Assembly: GCA_963848135.1 (NCBI GenBank)
Contig: CAWKCK010000005.1
Location: 496,001 to 560,000, forward strand
Direction of reading: 5' to 3'
Origin: an uncultured delta proteobacterium
GTDB taxonomy: Bacteria; Desulfobacterota; Desulfobacteria; Desulfobacterales; SG8-13
DNA: 64,000 bases
Shown here: positions 1-9,477 of the stretch, piece after piece
Layout of the letters: each line of letters starts with the position of its first letter
Position numbering within the stretch: the stretch's first letter is position 1
Translations under genes and position numbers: made by a program
The notes under the pieces: model-generated
What the model saw: only the letters and a program-made list of their open reading frames with translations
Database searches by the model: none
Told to the model about the DNA's origin: nothing

Positions 1-149
1 CAATACTATTGATTTCTAACCACTGAATGACATAAAAGGAAATCGACTGTTTGATAGCTCAGGGATCATGCAGATAGATCAATTAAGCCTTTGTGACAGA
101 TAAGCTGTCATTTTAGCTGGTTTCTTGGGAGGCGGGTTTACTGTGATAT

Positions 150-217
150 TCTTCAAGGTTTGAAATGGGCGGCCGCAGAGCGAAGGCAGTCCGCTCGATG
201 GAAGGATTAGGTTTCAG
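150..217 (-). mobile_element. degenerate attC-like site downstream of the PaaI gene
   Basis: Minus strand ACCTAATCCTTCCATCGAGCGGACTGCCTTCG...GCGGCCGCCCATTTCAAACCTTG resembles short attC sites, with mutated R boxes. Confidence 0.55.
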
Positions 218-251
218 ACAGTCTCTAAGAAAAAATTGGCGGTTTCGTATC

Positions 252-653
252 CTACCGTGGAATCGAGTACGTGCCGACGACATGGGCCACAGGTTCTTCG
301 ATACCCTCCGAGTACAAAGATACCTCACCGACTGCCAACGATTTGCCCATTTTCATGAGATTGCAGACACCGACGATGGCTCTGTCCGCTGACGGTTTCC
401 GCATGAAGTTGATGCTCAGGTTTGTTGTGACAATAAGGGGAACGATTCCGATTTCGCCAAGAATTGCCACATAAAGCGCGACGTCAGCGACGGTCATGAG
501 CACGGGACCGGACACGGTTCCACCTGGTCGTAGTTGGTGGGCACCGACCTGAAGTTTGACAGTTGCCGATCTGCCCCCAACCGCCTCAACGGTGCAATTG
601 GTATGGGGATACTCCGCGGCAAGGAATTCAACAATCTCTGCCCTGGTTGCCAT
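252..653 (-). CDS. PaaI family thioesterase (hotdog fold)
   Basis: RPGGTVSGPVLMTVAD and TTNLSINFMRKP motifs; AAGGAG RBS. Confidence 0.9.
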   Translation of the reverse strand: MATRAEIVEFLAAEYPHTNCTVEAVGGRSATVKLQVGAHQLRPGGTVSGPVLMTVADVALYVAILGEIGIVPLIVTTNLSINFMRKPSADRAIVGVCNLMKMGKSLAVGEVSLYSEGIEEPVAHVVGTYSIPR

Positions 654-664
654 ACGCTCCTTTC

Positions 665-760
665 CTGAAACCTAATGTTCAAGGTAGCCGACCGCCGCAG
701 GCCTGAGGGAACCTGCAAGCGTGGCTTGCAGGCGGACCGAATTGACCGAGAGGCTAACCA
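665..760 (-). mobile_element. degenerate attC-like site between GNAT and PaaI genes
   Basis: Imperfect palindrome with CCTGCAAGC-CAC-GCTTGCAGG core; R''-like GGTTAGC overlaps the GNAT stop; R'-like ATTAGGT. Confidence 0.6.
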
Positions 761-1155
761 CCCTTCAGCATCCATGCCCGAGGAGTATGTTCGAAGCCGA
801 GCCTCGGGTAGTAATCATTTGCTTCGGGTGCGGCCAAAAGGACGATCATGCACTCAGGCCCCAGACGGCGCTTAGTTTCTTGGATGAGCTGCTTACCGAT
901 GCCTTGTCTTTGATAGTCCGTGTCGACAACGAGGTCTGCAAGGTAGGCGACGTATGTGAAGTCGGTCAGCGATCGTGAAATGCCCACCAAACGCTTGCCA
1001 TGCCAAGCCGAAACGGTGAGGTTCGCGTTCTTCAGCATGCCTTTGAATATGTCGGGGCGATCGACAGGCCTTCTTTCGCCAAGAGTTGACCTCTTGTAGA
1101 GATCAATTGCGACCTCGACAGTGATGTCGGCATCATCGCGGTATTCAATGTCCAT
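754..1155 (-). CDS. GNAT family N-acetyltransferase
   Basis: YLADLVVDTDYQRQGIGKQLI (motif A), YYPRLGF. Confidence 0.9.
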   Translation of the reverse strand: MDIEYRDDADITVEVAIDLYKRSTLGERRPVDRPDIFKGMLKNANLTVSAWHGKRLVGISRSLTDFTYVAYLADLVVDTDYQRQGIGKQLIQETKRRLGPECMIVLLAAPEANDYYPRLGFEHTPRAWMLKGG

Positions 1156-1245
1156 CGGAGCTCAACTGAAGTGGCTAACAATAATTAGATTGATCCGCAC
1201 AAAATGCGGACTTCCTTGTTTCTGTCCGCATAAGACACCTTAAAT

Positions 1246-4044
1246 TTACTTTGATCCGGTCAGTTTCAGAATGATTCCGGAGGGTAACGACTCGCCGAAC
1301 ATGGCCTTCTGTTCCTGACGCGCAATCGGCATGGTTTTGCGAACCGGATCGATCAGATCTGACGGCAATTCATTTTCTTGCATCCAGGTCAACACCCGGG
1401 TGCGCATTTTTTCATCCAGGTCCCGGATTCGGTCGTTTGTTTTTCGGGCCATTCGGGAGACCGCCCGGGCAATCGTGATCGGATTGGAACGGTCATAACC
1501 GAGAAGTCGTTCGATCCAGGGTACCACCTCCGCCGGCGGTATAACGCGGTCTACCGGACCGTATAGCAATTCTCGGGCCCCAAGCCGGGATAACGCCCAT
1601 AGATGCTGCGCTTTAATTTTTCGGGGGGGCACCTCGTCGATCAACCGCCCTCCCAACGCGGCTTTTTCCTTGGGATCGAGTTTTTCCATATTTGCTACCG
1701 CCATCCAGATTTCAAGACGTTCCTGGAGCGGGATTCTGGGTGAAGCGGTTTTCTTACCGAACAACACCATGGAAATATTTTGGAAAAACTGCCTCTGCTG
1801 GCCGGGAGTCAGGCCGGCCGCGACACGGCGCCACAGAATCCACCACTCCAGCCGGACCCGGGGATGTTTGGGATGTTTCAGGCCGCTCATGTATAACTTC
1901 CATACGTGGCCGATGCGCTGCTTGTCGAAGCTTTCGCCGATACCGGGGCGCAGGCAAAAGCCCAGCAGGTTCATCCAGCCGCTCTCATGAACAGGGCTTA
2001 GATTTCGGGCGGAATCCACTTTAAGCAGATCATCGGCCAGCGTACGGATCATCCCCAGCGGCCATTCGTCACGGGGCAGTGCCACGCACTGGGTGATACC
2101 GGCGACCAATTTATCGACCCCCTGTTTGTCATTGGCCGTCAAGACCCGGCGCACATGTTTCTGCGCCGCACTGACAATTGAAGCATCCAGGATTTGCGAA
2201 TCGGCGACATCGAAATTCTGGACGTCACCTCTTAGGTGAAATTGTAAATTCCAGCGATGCCCGCTGACCTGGGAACGGCACTTTAGCGCCAGAGTCCCAA
2301 TTTCCGTATACTCCGCCTCGATCTGTACCGGCAGGGTCTTTTGCACGCCTTTTTTTCCGTATTGGACGACGGTCTGCAACGGCGGCAGCGGCGTCAAAGA
2401 ATCTTCTACTGCCACCACATCCCCACGCCGATCACCACTGCGGTAACTCGAGCTGTAAAGATCAAAACTGACCGGCTGATTGGTCAGCACTTCAAAGGAC
2501 TGGTCTGCCAATGATATCGTGTTGCCTTCCTCCAGGCCCCGTTCCACGACGCAAATCGCTTGCTTTTTCGTGTCGCTTGGGGCGATTCCTTCTGACCGGG
2601 CCACGCCCAGATAATAGGCTCTCGGGCTTCCGCTGCCGACTTTCACGCCTTCACCGATTTTTACCAGGCCGTAATAGACGGCGCCGAGTGCGACTGCGGT
2701 ATCCAGGTTCGGGTTTTCCAATGCCCGAAGAGCGGAAGAATCCTCTTCTTCAAAGCCATGCCGGACAGCGGTTTGAATCCGATCCTGAATGATTTCCGGT
2801 TTCAGGGAACCGCCGTTAAACAGTATCAGATCCGGCAGCGGTACCTCCCGATCGATACTGCGGCGGACATCCTCCGCATGCCGGTTAAGAAACCACAGCA
2901 AATGTTTTGTTATGGCCGGCTCCTGTTCATAGGGCAGGCCGAATTCCGTAATCCCTTTACGACCACCCTGCTTTTCCTGGCCCGTCGTTCGGACTACCGG
3001 GAAAAACCCTTCGAGCACCTTTTCGGCCACCTCGTCCCGGCTCAGCGACGCCGTCAGCGTGTTGGCAATCAATTTGCTGCCCTGCCCCACCACAGTCACA
3101 TTGACATTTTGTGCGTCGCCGTTCAGGAGGGACTCCTTGGCCTGGCGGCATTGATGGCACAGCTCCTTCCAACGTTGGGTACTCATGGAGCGTCGAGTCC
3201 CGGCCATTCGGTTTTCAACCAACCGGGCCAGGGTGAGATCGATGTTGTCTCCGCCCAAAATCAGGTGATCCCCCACGGCAATCCGTTCAAATCGCGGACT
3301 GTCTTTATGATCTGTCAGCACGATCAATGTGAAATCGGTCGTGCCGCCACCCACATCGCAAACAAGGATCAGTTCCCCGGGCGATAGAAAATCTCGCCAG
3401 TTTTTTTCGTGGCGCATCAACCAGCTGTAAAAAGCCGCCAGGGGTTCTTCGAGCAAAATGAGGTCAATGATACCCGCCTGCTTGGCGGCTTCCAAAGTCA
3501 ACTCTCTCGCAACCTCGTCGAACGAAGCCGGGACGGTTATGATGACCAATTGGTTCTCGAGATGCCGTTCCTCGTCTTCACCCTGAAACTGGTTCCAGGC
3601 CATTCGGATGTGTTTCAAATAGGCCGCGGTGGCCGTTACCGGTGACACTTTTTGGATCTCGCCACTCGATCCCCAGGGTAGAATTCTGGCACGACGGTCG
3701 ACCTCTGAATGGCATAGCCAGCTTTTAGCGGAGGACACCAGGCGGTCCGGCACTCTGGATCCGTGATCGCGGGCGAAGATGCCGACAAAATGAGATTCCC
3801 CGTTGTCCCAGAGTCGGCGGATGGCTTCCCGGGAAATGTCGTATTCTCCGGGTATATACAAAAATGATGGCAGCACCGGCGCAGAGGCAATTTCACCGGA
3901 CGCGACCATCTGGGCCACCGGAAAACTGCGTATGCGTTTCGCATCGAGACCGTCGGCTTCGGTGTCCAGAAACGAAACCGCACAATTGGTCGTTCCCAAA
4001 TCGATGCCGATGATAAACCGGCGATCTTCCATTTGGATCGTCAT
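1246..4044 (-). CDS. Hsp70/DnaK-like protein with C-terminal helical extension (DUF3731-like)
   Basis: GIDLGTTN, TVPASFD, EEPLAAFY, DVGGGTTDF, GGDNID; start moved to ATG at 4044. Confidence 0.85.
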   Translation of the reverse strand: MTIQMEDRRFIIGIDLGTTNCAVSFLDTEADGLDAKRIRSFPVAQMVASGEIASAPVLPSFLYIPGEYDISREAIRRLWDNGESHFVGIFARDHGSRVPDRLVSSAKSWLCHSEVDRRARILPWGSSGEIQKVSPVTATAAYLKHIRMAWNQFQGEDEERHLENQLVIITVPASFDEVARELTLEAAKQAGIIDLILLEEPLAAFYSWLMRHEKNWRDFLSPGELILVCDVGGGTTDFTLIVLTDHKDSPRFERIAVGDHLILGGDNIDLTLARLVENRMAGTRRSMSTQRWKELCHQCRQAKESLLNGDAQNVNVTVVGQGSKLIANTLTASLSRDEVAEKVLEGFFPVVRTTGQEKQGGRKGITEFGLPYEQEPAITKHLLWFLNRHAEDVRRSIDREVPLPDLILFNGGSLKPEIIQDRIQTAVRHGFEEEDSSALRALENPNLDTAVALGAVYYGLVKIGEGVKVGSGSPRAYYLGVARSEGIAPSDTKKQAICVVERGLEEGNTISLADQSFEVLTNQPVSFDLYSSSYRSGDRRGDVVAVEDSLTPLPPLQTVVQYGKKGVQKTLPVQIEAEYTEIGTLALKCRSQVSGHRWNLQFHLRGDVQNFDVADSQILDASIVSAAQKHVRRVLTANDKQGVDKLVAGITQCVALPRDEWPLGMIRTLADDLLKVDSARNLSPVHESGWMNLLGFCLRPGIGESFDKQRIGHVWKLYMSGLKHPKHPRVRLEWWILWRRVAAGLTPGQQRQFFQNISMVLFGKKTASPRIPLQERLEIWMAVANMEKLDPKEKAALGGRLIDEVPPRKIKAQHLWALSRLGARELLYGPVDRVIPPAEVVPWIERLLGYDRSNPITIARAVSRMARKTNDRIRDLDEKMRTRVLTWMQENELPSDLIDPVRKTMPIARQEQKAMFGESLPSGIILKLTGSK

Positions 4045-4091
4045 GATACTTCCCCCCAAGCTGAGCGTTTCATATTTTCGAAATTACAAAA

Positions 4092-5894
4092 TCAAGAATC
4101 GCTCAATTTGGGTTCCCGTGTATTGAACTCGAGTTTCCAGCGATCAGCGCTGTTACGGGAAACGCACCATAGTTCCAGCGTACCGACTTCGGTGAGTCGG
4201 ACCTGAATCGAGACCGGAATAACAGTGCCGGCTTTGCCCTCGAGGGTGGTTTCAACGGTCGTAATCGGTGCAATCTCCTGTTCCCAATCTTCAATGATCA
4301 TACCAATTGTATCTTCCGTACGCACAGTGGAGCCGAGAAACTCGAACTTGGCCGTTTCCCCGACAACCAGGTTGAATTCCCGCTCGGTGAGCGCGGTTTC
4401 CGAGCCTTCCTCCATTCCGAAGGGGGCAACACACAACGCCTTGATCGGTGCCGGCATCCCCGGCACCGCCGGCAATGCTGCGGCGACCCCGATGTAGTAA
4501 GTCTGATTCAACCCACTGCGAATCCGAATACCCCGTCCCCGCCGGGCCAAGCCGTAGTATGCCGCGCCTCTGGCAACGGCAAGATCGAGACTTGCGGATT
4601 CCAACTGTCGCGGTGGGATCCCCTCCTGCCATGAAGAGAGAACATCGATGACCCGTTGGCGTATCATGGGCGCTTTCATGACCCCACCGTTGAACAATAG
4701 GGCCGTGGGAGCCATCGGGGTATTTGCGGATTGCCGGTTGAGGAAATGGGCCAGGTGCCGTGTCACCGCAGGGTCGGTTTCATAGGCCAGTCCGGTCTCC
4801 TGGATGCCGGTTTGGGGAACGGCTTCCGGGAGGGATGCCGGCGCGCAATGGGGAAAAAATCCATCCAATATGACCTGGTCGACCACGTTTCGGGCCAGGT
4901 CGGCTTTCTGGGTGCCGCCAATGACACTGCTGCTTCTTCCCAAAATAGAGACAGACACCGACTCACGGTCGGAAGTTTGCAAAAGCGTTTCTTTGGCATT
5001 CCGGCACTGGTTCCAAAGGGCCCGCATCTGCCATGAATCCAGGCGCACCCCTCTTTCATTCATCTGTTTGGCCACGGCATATGCCAGCGCAAGATCCATG
5101 TTGTCGCCGCCGACCAACAAATGGCTCCCTACGGCAATACGCTCCAGTTCCAATGCGCCCGCTGATTCCGAAACCTGGATCAAGCTGAAGTCACTGGTGC
5201 CACCACCAATATCGCAGACAAGCACAAGGTCACCGGGGGTCACTGAATCGCGCCAATGGCCATTGGATGCCGCGATCCATGCATAAAACGCCGCCTGGGG
5301 TTCTTCCAGCAGGGTAATATTCGGCAGTTTTGCCATTTCGGCCGCCTTTACGGTCAATTCCCTTGCCACGGCATCAAATGATGCCGGTACGGTCAGGTAT
5401 ATATCCTGAAATTCCAAAGCTAAGCGGTCATCTTCGCGCGCCATACGCTCGTTCCAGGCCCGACGGATATGGTCCAATAGTGCGGCCGAAGCTTCCACGG
5501 GAGATAATTTCATGATCTCGGGCGCGGCACCCCAGGGAAGAATGGCTTTTTCGCGGTCCACTGCCGGATGACACAGCCACGATTTGGCTGAATGAATCAA
5601 ACGATGGGGTATTTCAGCACCACGCTTACGCGCAAATTCCCCGGCGATGTACTCAGCCGAATCTTGCCAGGGTAAAACCAATGCATCGGGGGCGATGTCC
5701 TTTTCTCCGGGTATGTAAATAAACGATGGCAGCATCTGCTGCGGGGCAACTGTCCCGGGACCGACAAGCTGCGGTATTTCCAGAATATGCGTATCCGGCT
5801 GCTCGGACTGCTCCAAGTCGGAGATGCGTGTGTAGGCCAGGACGCTGTTGGTCGTTCCCAGATCGATGCCGACAATGAATTGGGGATCGTTCAT
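4092..5894 (-). CDS. Hsp70/DnaK-like protein
   Basis: GIDLGTTNS, EEPQAAFY, DIGGGTSDF; likely start MNDPQF at 5894. Confidence 0.85.
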   Translation of the reverse strand: MNDPQFIVGIDLGTTNSVLAYTRISDLEQSEQPDTHILEIPQLVGPGTVAPQQMLPSFIYIPGEKDIAPDALVLPWQDSAEYIAGEFARKRGAEIPHRLIHSAKSWLCHPAVDREKAILPWGAAPEIMKLSPVEASAALLDHIRRAWNERMAREDDRLALEFQDIYLTVPASFDAVARELTVKAAEMAKLPNITLLEEPQAAFYAWIAASNGHWRDSVTPGDLVLVCDIGGGTSDFSLIQVSESAGALELERIAVGSHLLVGGDNMDLALAYAVAKQMNERGVRLDSWQMRALWNQCRNAKETLLQTSDRESVSVSILGRSSSVIGGTQKADLARNVVDQVILDGFFPHCAPASLPEAVPQTGIQETGLAYETDPAVTRHLAHFLNRQSANTPMAPTALLFNGGVMKAPMIRQRVIDVLSSWQEGIPPRQLESASLDLAVARGAAYYGLARRGRGIRIRSGLNQTYYIGVAAALPAVPGMPAPIKALCVAPFGMEEGSETALTEREFNLVVGETAKFEFLGSTVRTEDTIGMIIEDWEQEIAPITTVETTLEGKAGTVIPVSIQVRLTEVGTLELWCVSRNSADRWKLEFNTREPKLSDS

Positions 5895-6030
5895 AAAACC
5901 CTTCTTAGCGTTCGGTGTTCCATGTTGCGATAACAACCCGGGAGGCCCCCCGGGTTGCAAGTCAGAAAGATAACGCCTAAAATTCGCGTTTCAAATTTTC
6001 AGGAGTAGAGAAGCCTTATTTATGAAAGTC

Positions 6031-6768
6031 TCAGGTAACCTCGATTTCAGCGGGGGCAATAACTCTTGCGTTTTGACGACCGGAAAGTTTCGGCAGATTG
6101 ACTTTGCCGGTTTGCCAACCTTTGTGGCGGATGATTCCGGTAAACGGAGGGTCGCCAACGACTTTACCGGTCAGGGTAATGAAGCCGGGATCGAAGTCCT
6201 CCGCCACGACTGTCTGTTCTCCTTCCGCCTGGGTCATCACCGGTTCCGGGTTCAAATATTTTAGAATCACTTGTTTGCAACCGGCATGAATGTTTCGCAC
6301 GGCGGAACCGATTTGGGCGTCTTCGTAATGATCAAGATCCTCAGATAGAAAATCCATTAACCGGCCGTCTCTCTGCATGGCCGAAAACAAATGCAAAAAC
6401 AATCGCCGGTCTGAAAGTTCTCTGTCCTGCGGATCTGATTTCGGGCCAGTTTTCAGAGGTTGTACAAAAGTGGCATCTCTTTTAAGCCCAGGTCGAACAA
6501 AAAGCCATACAATTAAGGCGGCCAAGAGCGAAAACATCATGATGGCCGGGAAAACCGTATACCAGTACTGTGGTTGAAAAGTTTTCACCAGATTCCAGGC
6601 ATTGCCTTCAGGCATCGGTTCCTGTTGGGCAGAGAGTACCGCTTGAAGATCCTTCAATAATTCAATAAGGCCAAAATTTAATGAAACACCGAATATGGCG
6701 CCCAAGAAGATGCCCAGAAAAATGAAGGCGACCAGGGCCTTCAAGTGAATTCGATTCTTTTGACTCAT
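6031..6768 (-). CDS. DUF2760-like membrane-anchored protein
   Basis: Two N-terminal TM segments; QRDGRLMDFL, GDPPFTGIIRHKGW, IAPAEIEV; adjacent to the Hsp70-like pair. Confidence 0.8.
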   Translation of the reverse strand: MSQKNRIHLKALVAFIFLGIFLGAIFGVSLNFGLIELLKDLQAVLSAQQEPMPEGNAWNLVKTFQPQYWYTVFPAIMMFSLLAALIVWLFVRPGLKRDATFVQPLKTGPKSDPQDRELSDRRLFLHLFSAMQRDGRLMDFLSEDLDHYEDAQIGSAVRNIHAGCKQVILKYLNPEPVMTQAEGEQTVVAEDFDPGFITLTGKVVGDPPFTGIIRHKGWQTGKVNLPKLSGRQNARVIAPAEIEVT

Positions 6769-7045
6769 TGATACAAACTCCCTTTAATTAAAGATGACGA
6801 TACAAATTCTCACCCGAAAATATTATTTTAGTTTCGGGGTCAGCTTATCGGTGAACGGGGTTCCCGCGAAAAAAGGCCATTTATGGATGGCCACTAATTA
6901 ACGCAGTTACCTTTACAATGCAACCGGTGAGAACCCATTCGATTAGGTTCTATCCCCTATTTTCAAGGTCACTCTTAATAGTCTGTGCATGCGCGGTCGC
7001 CAACAAACCACATCATTTTGATAATCCTTATTAATTTAAACATAG

Positions 7046-7127
7046 AGTGAGCGTTTCAAATTATTAATGGAGGCGGAATGACATCTTCCCTGTTCTGCGG
7101 CAACCTCGACAATCGCTCAAATTAGGT
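7046..7127 (-). repeat. dispersed repeat family A, internally deleted copy
   Basis: Reverse complement matches both the 5' end (ACCTAATTTGAGCGATTGTCGAGGTT) and the 3' end (AATTTGAAACGCTCACT) of the copy at 57502-57724. Confidence 0.85.
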
Positions 7128-7262
7128 TAAAATATGATCCTTCAGCCGGAAGTCAATTTTACATTTTTATTGACACCGGACACCAACTGTTACAATGTGG
7201 CATACGGATACTGTTTTTAATTATTATTGCTCTGTTGAAAAATTATCGATTCCGGCGACAGC

Positions 7263-7592
7263 ATGGAAGTCAAATGGGAACAAGGAGATTCAGAGGTTAA
7301 CAGTCGGCATAGTTGTCTTCACGCTATACTCGTGGAGAGACGGGTGGATGATTCGGAAAAGCAAATCGATCGATTGGGCTCGATTGAAAAGAGATATTTA
7401 AAAGTTAATATTCCTTGTACACGCGAGTTTCACCAAGGCCTGTTCTGGTTGGGGGTCGACAAGAAATTGAACCGATTAGGATTGAATCAAGAAACAAGGG
7501 CGGCAATCGAGTCGCAAATAGCTGAGACCGTTCCGCGACCCGGGGCTAACTGGGCACTTTGGGGGGTGACATGCATTCCCGACTACGATTGA
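7263..7592 (+). CDS. hypothetical protein
   Basis: 109-aa ORF co-oriented upstream of DsrE-like genes; no motif recognised. Confidence 0.55.
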   Translation: MEVKWEQGDSEVNSRHSCLHAILVERRVDDSEKQIDRLGSIEKRYLKVNIPCTREFHQGLFWLGVDKKLNRLGLNQETRAAIESQIAETVPRPGANWALWGVTCIPDYD

Positions 7593-7706
7593 CTTCAAAT
7601 CCTACCGGTAATGAATTACGCTCTGAACTTTCAGGCTATCGTGAACGCGTGACAGCCGTTTTCATCGTGTGGGGAGAATTTGGGCGACGATGACACAGGG
7701 GACATT

Positions 7707-8012
7707 ATGGCAAAATCAATTGGTATATATGTAACGTCGGATCGGTATCTGGACAAGATCATTGAAATCTGCAAAGCCGCAAAAACCAAAGGCGTCGAAA
7801 CGAAGGTTTTTTTTACCCACACCGGGACCCGCCTATGTATGGATAAGCGTATGAAGGACCTATTGGATACGGCAACGGTCGCTTTGTGCAAAGTGGGTTT
7901 TGAAGACAATGCACTGAATCCAGAGGATGGATACATCGATAAAAAGGCCTATTTATCACAATCATGGCATGCGGAAATGATATATGACTGCAATCGCTAT
8001 TTAACCTTTTGA
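7707..8012 (+). CDS. DsrE/TusD-like sulfur relay protein
   Basis: KVFFTHTG, VALCKVG with Cys at the DsrE-like position, C-terminal DCNRYLTF. Confidence 0.7.
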   Translation: MAKSIGIYVTSDRYLDKIIEICKAAKTKGVETKVFFTHTGTRLCMDKRMKDLLDTATVALCKVGFEDNALNPEDGYIDKKAYLSQSWHAEMIYDCNRYLTF

Positions 8013-8105
8013 CCCCAAAATACCATGAATTCTTTCCAAAGCTCATAAAGTCTTCAATTGGTGAAATGATCGGGGTCGTCGATCGATGAAAGATAGGACA
8101 GAGAT

Positions 8106-8423
8106 ATGGAAAACGTAAAGCATTGCGCCGTTGTGGTGAGAAGACCTCAGGACGTGTGGGAAGGGACCCGGACGACACTCGGTCTTGCGGCACACAATTA
8201 CTGGGCGTATCTGTTCGTTCTGAATGTCGATGTAGAAATGACGGAAGCGCTTAAAGAAAATCTCGAGTGGTTGGAAGAAATGGAATGCCCCTTCATTTCA
8301 AATTCTGAATCCAATGATATTCATGGATTCAAATATCTTCCAACGGATAAACTTGCGCGTGAGTTAAAAAAAATGGACTTGGTGATCCCATTCGGCGACC
8401 GCCCGGCACCGGATATAAAATAA
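8106..8423 (+). CDS. DsrF/TusC-like protein
   Basis: WEGTRTTLGL and MDLVIPF resemble the DsrE/F fold; RBS present. Confidence 0.6.
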   Translation: MENVKHCAVVVRRPQDVWEGTRTTLGLAAHNYWAYLFVLNVDVEMTEALKENLEWLEEMECPFISNSESNDIHGFKYLPTDKLARELKKMDLVIPFGDRPAPDIK

Positions 8424-8431
8424 GGTAAACG

Positions 8432-8629
8432 ATGCCTCCTATACGAAAAAAAATGCTGCATATTCTCAAATCCGAACCTGACGATCTGCAGAGGACGCTC
8501 ATGTACAATCTGTCTCTCGGCTACAATTGTCTCCAATTTCCTTTATACGATTTCGACGATATGGAACCTGACTATGAAGAGTTAATCGATCTTATCTTCG
8601 AATTCGACGAAGTCATCACCTGGTGGTAA
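8432..8629 (+). CDS. short DsrH/TusB-like protein
   Basis: MLHILKS N-terminus and DYEELIDLIFEFDEVITWW C-terminus resemble DsrH/TusB. Confidence 0.55.
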   Translation: MPPIRKKMLHILKSEPDDLQRTLMYNLSLGYNCLQFPLYDFDDMEPDYEELIDLIFEFDEVITWW

Positions 8630-8748
8630 ACGACGAAATATCATCCTCTTAAAAAACAGGCCTGTCCCGCATCGAATATCCGGAGTTTAAAAAGGTTGTG
8701 ATTCACAGCGCCGCTTTGTCTTCTAACGGCGAATAGCCGATGGCTGTA

Positions 8749-9444
8749 TTAAGCCGATAATGCAAACCTGACCGCCTGGGCGGCATGAATTTCGGTCGTG
8801 TCGTAAAGGGGTATAGAGGTATGCTTCTGCTGAACCAACAAAGCAATTTCCGTGCAACCGAGTATAACGGCTTCGGCCCCCTTTGCATGCAACTCGTTGA
8901 TGATTTTAAGGTATTGCTCCCGGGAGCGGTTTGAAATCTTTCCAAGGCAAAGCTCGGAAAAAATAATCTTATGAACAGTATCCCGCGCTTCGGTATCCGG
9001 AACCATTACGTCGATACCGAATTTATCGGTGAGCCGACCTTTGTAAAAGTCGTGCGCCATCGTAAAGCGCGTACCGAGCAGTCCGACGCGCTTTACCCTG
9101 TCAGCCAAGAGTTTCTCGGCGGTGGCATCAGCGATATGCAACACCGGTATAGAAACAGCGCTCCCTATTTGCGGAGCGACTTTGTGCATGGTGTTCGTGC
9201 AAATGATTAAAAAATCAGCCCCGCCGGCTTCAATCGATCGTGCCGCTTTTGACAGAATTTCCGCTGTAGCCGCCCAGTCGCCTTTGCTCTGCAGCTTTTC
9301 GATTTCATCAAAATCAACACTGTACATGCAGATCTTGGCCGAGTGCAACCCGCCAAGGGCTTGTTTCACTCCCTCATTTATGGCCTTGTAATAGCTTGTG
9401 GTCGACTCCCAGCTCATGCCGCCGAGCAGCCCGATCGTTTTCAC
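8749..9444 (-). CDS. aspartate/glutamate racemase family protein (YgeA/RacX-like)
   Basis: GLLGGMSWEST, ICTNTMH, LGCTEI catalytic Cys motifs. Confidence 0.93.
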   Translation of the reverse strand: MKTIGLLGGMSWESTTSYYKAINEGVKQALGGLHSAKICMYSVDFDEIEKLQSKGDWAATAEILSKAARSIEAGGADFLIICTNTMHKVAPQIGSAVSIPVLHIADATAEKLLADRVKRVGLLGTRFTMAHDFYKGRLTDKFGIDVMVPDTEARDTVHKIIFSELCLGKISNRSREQYLKIINELHAKGAEAVILGCTEIALLVQQKHTSIPLYDTTEIHAAQAVRFALSA

Positions 9445-9477
9445 TTATCTTTCCTCCTTTGTTTCAAGGCGTCCATA

